From an uncultured bacterium (GTDB lineage Bacteria; UBP14; UBA6098; B30-G16): a stretch of DNA of 64,000 nt. Under the pieces are notes generated by a model. The model was not told the DNA's origin and ran no database searches. It saw only the letters and a program-made list of their open reading frames with translations. The stretch is from the NCBI GenBank assembly GCA_965552135.1, contig CBEVQY010000001.1:96001-160000 (forward strand), read 5' to 3'. The position numbers and the translations under genes are program-made. How positions within the stretch are numbered: the first letter of the stretch is position 1; each line of letters starts with the position of its first letter. Shown here piece after piece: positions 58,448 to 64,000 of the stretch.

Positions 58448-59854
58448 TCAGTTCGCCGGCGCTTCAACGACTATGTCGGCATCGACGACCTTGTAGGGCG
58501 AGGACTCCAGCGGCTCGGCCGGGTAGAACGTAAAGTCCACCGAGGTCTCTATGACGCCGCTTGTCACGAGGCCGTCGAGGTAGAGGGCGAGTTTGTCGGC
58601 GTAGCTTTTCAGCGTGTCCTGCGCGTAGTACACGTGCGGCTCTCCGGTATCAGCGCCGTTGAGGATGCCGGTTACGACCACAAGCGTATCCCACTTTGCA
58701 ATGAACGAGGCGACCCTATCGGCGAACCCCTGCGCCTCCGGTGCGCTTTTGTTGCTCGATGAATTCAGCACGATGACCTTGATCTGCGGCACCTTTGGTC
58801 CGCCGCCTGCACCTGTTGTGATGGTTGGCGGCATCTGCCCCGGCGGCGGAGGCGAGGTCGGCGGCGTTGGGATGGACGGGCTCGTCGTCGATATAAGTGG
58901 TCTTAGGCGGTAGATGTCGAAGTCGCCGTCGATGTTCGATTCGCAGTAGATGAACTCGCCTGCGGGCGTCTTCGCCCAGTCAGGCATGCTCGTCACGGCG
59001 TTCTCGAAGGTCTCCTGTATCGTCGTTCCTTTGTTTACGTCGACTATGAAGATGTTGACGGGAGGGGCTCCGCCCGGTGGAGCGTAGGCGTAAGCGATCC
59101 AGTTCCCGTCGGGAGACCACGCCGGCGCAAACTCATCCCCGGGGTCGGACGTTACCTGCCTGAAGTTGGAGAGCCCAACGCCCTCTACGTAGTCGGCGAC
59201 GAAGATGTCCCAGTTCGTCGACGAGTTCCACGCACAGTATGCCACCTTTGTGCCCGAAGGGTCCCAGCGCGGGTAAAGCCCCGGCACCGTGTTTATGATG
59301 ACGCTCGCCCCCGCGGGCTGAACGGCTATGACGAAACTCGACATCGCCGCTGCGGCAGGAGGTATACCGCCGTACCTCATCGGCGGAAAGGCGGGGAACG
59401 GGTTCGTCATATTGCCCGAGGACACAAAGACCACATCGCCCTTCGGGGAGATATCGGGCATGCAGCAGAAGTTGTTGTTGTTCTGCACCAGCCTGGAGCC
59501 GTTGAGGGAGTTTATGGGGACGGACCATATCTCGTAATTTGTGACGCCGGGCGCAACGGTGACCTGTCTTTCGTAAGCTACCTGCGCGCTGTTGGGGAAC
59601 CACGCCGGATGCTGATTGTCGACGCCGCGGTTGGTGGCAAGCATTGGGTTGCTGCCGTCGTAAGTGGAGATCCTTATGTTTGCGACGGGGACGTTGCCCG
59701 AAAGGTTAACCTCGGCGTAAGCCAGCCTCTCACCGTCGGGGGAGACGCGTGGGCAAAGCTCATGATTGGGGAAATCGGTCACACGTATCATGGAGTTGCC
59801 CTGTCCCCAGGCAAGAGCCAAAAGGCAAATCGACAAAAAAACCGCTCGCTTCAT
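58448..59854 (-). CDS. Secreted TolB-like PD40 beta-propeller with Pro-rich linker and LytR_C-like tail
   Basis: PRVSPDGERLAY, PAWFPN, PRWDPSG, PAWSPDGNWIAY; IKVIVLNSS...G.A...ADIVV. Confidence 0.8.
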   Translation of the reverse strand: MKRAVFLSICLLALAWGQGNSMIRVTDFPNHELCPRVSPDGERLAYAEVNLSGNVPVANIRISTYDGSNPMLATNRGVDNQHPAWFPNSAQVAYERQVTVAPGVTNYEIWSVPINSLNGSRLVQNNNNFCCMPDISPKGDVVFVSSGNMTNPFPAFPPMRYGGIPPAAAAMSSFVIAVQPAGASVIINTVPGLYPRWDPSGTKVAYCAWNSSTNWDIFVADYVEGVGLSNFRQVTSDPGDEFAPAWSPDGNWIAYAYAPPGGAPPVNIFIVDVNKGTTIQETFENAVTSMPDWAKTPAGEFIYCESNIDGDFDIYRLRPLISTTSPSIPTPPTSPPPPGQMPPTITTGAGGGPKVPQIKVIVLNSSSNKSAPEAQGFADRVASFIAKWDTLVVVTGILNGADTGEPHVYYAQDTLKSYADKLALYLDGLVTSGVIETSVDFTFYPAEPLESSPYKVVDADIVVEAPAN

Positions 59855-59878
59855 AACTTGTCCTCCCAGCCTTTGATT

Positions 59879-60580
59879 TTAGTCGGTGGCGTCCTTCGGC
59901 AGCTCGAAGGACACGTTTCTGCTACAGGGCGTAACGGTTGAGCAGGGTGGCTTTTGCTCGCCCGTGCCCAAAAGCTCGGGTATTTGGCTCGTTGTCCAAA
60001 GGTTTCCGCCGCGGGGGTAATATCGGGATGCCCCCCAGTAGCTGTATCCGGTCGACCTGTATCCGTACGGCGCGCCGCTGCCGTAACGCCAATAATCCCA
60101 GCCCGAAGAATACTTAGAACAACCTTTGCACTTAAGGGAGAGGGTTGACTTCAGCTGCTCCATTGCCTGTGCGGCGAAGACCTCCTTCCAGTTGTCCGGG
60201 CATATGCAGCCCAGGATAACGCACTTTGTGGCGATGTAGTTGCCGTAGCTTACCTGCACGTCGTAGCGACCGGGCTCAAGGTCGTGTATCGTGATCACCT
60301 GGGTGCCAACCTTGACGGGAAAGCTCTTTGTCGTGCTGAAGTCCTTTCCGCTTACGGTCACCGTGCCCGATGTGTAAAGATAAGGGTCGAGGGGACTTGT
60401 TATCTTTATCTGGATCCTCATATCGCAGTATCGGGGCTTCGGCTTCGACGCCTTGGTGGCTGCGACAACATCCACCCTCTTCGCGCCGCTTCTGGAGAGG
60501 AAAGCTGTTGAACTGCACCCCGCCTGAAAAAGAACAAACAAAATGCATAACTTAAGAATCCATTTGCCGTTATTGTTCAT
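59879..60580 (-). CDS. Cys-rich putative lipoprotein
   Basis: Lipobox QAGC; first gene of the PD40-protease-PorV run. Confidence 0.65.
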   Translation of the reverse strand: MNNNGKWILKLCILFVLFQAGCSSTAFLSRSGAKRVDVVAATKASKPKPRYCDMRIQIKITSPLDPYLYTSGTVTVSGKDFSTTKSFPVKVGTQVITIHDLEPGRYDVQVSYGNYIATKCVILGCICPDNWKEVFAAQAMEQLKSTLSLKCKGCSKYSSGWDYWRYGSGAPYGYRSTGYSYWGASRYYPRGGNLWTTSQIPELLGTGEQKPPCSTVTPCSRNVSFELPKDATD

Positions 60581-60652
60581 TACTAATCCCTCACTTGAAG
60601 CATCCCTTAATACTATATTGAGTCGAAAGGGAAAGAAGTCAAGACAAAAAAT

Positions 60653-61843
60653 TCAGGTGCTTGACCATCGCAGCAGCACGGTCATAACGATGGCGCTTAC
60701 GATCGACATAAAGAAGTTGTCGTCCTCGATTGGTGCTATTTCCACGACGGCGGCGGTAAGCGAGCCAACGACCCCCACCCAGAAGGGCACGAGTCCGAGG
60801 TTGTGGTAGAGCGCGCTTGCCAGAACGCACACCAAGAAGCATCCCAGCATGCCCGACCAAGTTTTGCCCAAAAAGCCCTTCCCGCCTACGGAAATGCCTA
60901 TGCTCCAGGCAAGGAGATCCCCAAATGTGACGAACACCACTGCAAGCGACGCGATCTGTGTGGGGAACAAAAGCAGCGTAAGGAAAATGGAGAAAAGGTA
61001 CATCACCATCGACGACACGTGCCTTTTCTCCCTTTTTTTGTATCTGAGCGGGAATTTTTGGAAGCGCGTTGTGAAGCGCAGGATTTCGAAGACGACGAAG
61101 ACGGCGAGGACGGTCGCCAGGAGGATAAGCGTTGGCTTTTTTTGCAGCAGCGCGCCCGCGGGGAAGACGATTGCAAATGGTCGCAGCCACTTGCGCTTAA
61201 GCAGCGGGCGCTCCTCCTCGGGGAGGGTCCGAAGCTTTTGGGTGAGGACGTTGTGGAGACGCTCGCCTATCTTGTACACCCCCGCCAAAAGCAGGGTGAT
61301 AAGATAGGGATTCATCTCGAAAAAGAGCAGGGCGGCGATGAGGATGAGCGACAGTACAAGCCAGCTTTGGATCTCCTCGGAGTGCGGGATTTTGTTCCTG
61401 AGGGCGAATACGACGATAAGGGCTATAAGCGCTGACGCGAATACCGCGGCAAACTTCCAGTTTTGCGCTATGAGTGCGGCGATGGAGTATGCGATGACGC
61501 CGACGGACGCGGCGCCCCCTCTGCCGCCCCGGAACCGTAGGTAGAACGGAGCGACATGTCCAGCGATGGCGACGAATCCGCAGGCGAGACTTACCGCAAG
61601 CGGCGCCGCAAAAACATGCCGCGCAAGGATTATGGACACAGGCGACTTGAATAGGTCGTAGATTCCGACGACGACGCCGACGGCGTAGCCCATCGTCTCT
61701 GCGGCGTTGCGAGTCCCCGGATTGCCCGAGCCAACCTGTCTTATATCGAAGCCCTTGAGCTTGGCTATGATGTATGCGGGCAGGATGCTGCCCAAAAGGT
61801 AGGCGACGATGACCGAGACGGCGCTGCGCCAAAAGACGCTCAT
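60653..61843 (-). CDS. PlsY-like glycerol-3-phosphate acyltransferase fused to a SEC59/DGK1/VTE5-like CTP-dependent lipid kinase domain
   Basis: N-half AYLLGSI, DIRQVGSGNPGTRN, GHVAPFYLRFRGGRG; C-half RKWLR, FEILR, FGDLLAWSIG, GKTWSG, E...DDNF. Confidence 0.8.
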   Translation of the reverse strand: MSVFWRSAVSVIVAYLLGSILPAYIIAKLKGFDIRQVGSGNPGTRNAAETMGYAVGVVVGIYDLFKSPVSIILARHVFAAPLAVSLACGFVAIAGHVAPFYLRFRGGRGGAASVGVIAYSIAALIAQNWKFAAVFASALIALIVVFALRNKIPHSEEIQSWLVLSLILIAALLFFEMNPYLITLLLAGVYKIGERLHNVLTQKLRTLPEEERPLLKRKWLRPFAIVFPAGALLQKKPTLILLATVLAVFVVFEILRFTTRFQKFPLRYKKREKRHVSSMVMYLFSIFLTLLLFPTQIASLAVVFVTFGDLLAWSIGISVGGKGFLGKTWSGMLGCFLVCVLASALYHNLGLVPFWVGVVGSLTAAVVEIAPIEDDNFFMSIVSAIVMTVLLRWSST

Positions 61844-61919
61844 CAAGCTCCTTTCGTGCCCGTAGTGCAACTGGAATATAAAATCCTTTTTTCGCGCCGC
61901 AACAACATTTGCTAACGGT

Positions 61920-61948
61920 TTGACAAGGCAAGTGGGGCGATATAAGAT
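61920..61948 (+). promoter_or_regulatory. sigma70-like promoter upstream of ligA
   Basis: TTGACA-17 bp-TAAGAT. Confidence 0.65.
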
Positions 61949-61976
61949 AGATTTTGGTGTTTTGTCCGCGAGGTGA

Positions 61977-64000
<2,024 letters not shown>

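Overview
GC-rich chromosomal segment of a diderm, probably anaerobic bacterium. FCB-supergroup-like affinity is inferred from lipid A acyltransferase, a PorV-family gene and FlgD/T9SS-like C-terminal domains. Most of the window is housekeeping: pyrG, rpmH, cmk, rpsA, rpsT, nusB, tRNA-Arg(TCG), mfd, lepB, two lon, pyrB, fabH-plsX-rpmF, yebC, purE, glgA, yicC and ligA (partial). Accessory content: (1) an oxidative/nitrosative stress operon (ogg, Fur/PerR, high-MW rubredoxin, hcp, fprA, peroxiredoxin, dfx, sfsA, an uncalled small wHTH gene, rbr); (2) a TrmB regulator with palindromic operator candidates upstream of two paralogous secreted proteins that share an N-terminal module but have different tips (Kelch vs C-type-lectin-like); (3) a cas-less CRISPR array of 18 repeats and 17 spacers, transcribed from the minus strand, with a type III-like ATTGCGAC handle, spacers that look antisense to mRNA (two cover SD+ATG), a handle SNP fixed in the leader-proximal repeats, and GTGGGGGTC/GACCCCCAC hairpin elements in the trailer; (4) a PorV-like gene paired with a CTD-bearing papain protease; (5) a PlsY/CTP-dependent lipid kinase fusion and an AmmeMemoRadiSam B-A fusion with a lipoprotein signal; (6) periodic, structured sequence in three convergent intergenic gaps. 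All calls come from motif recognition by eye; no database searches were run.
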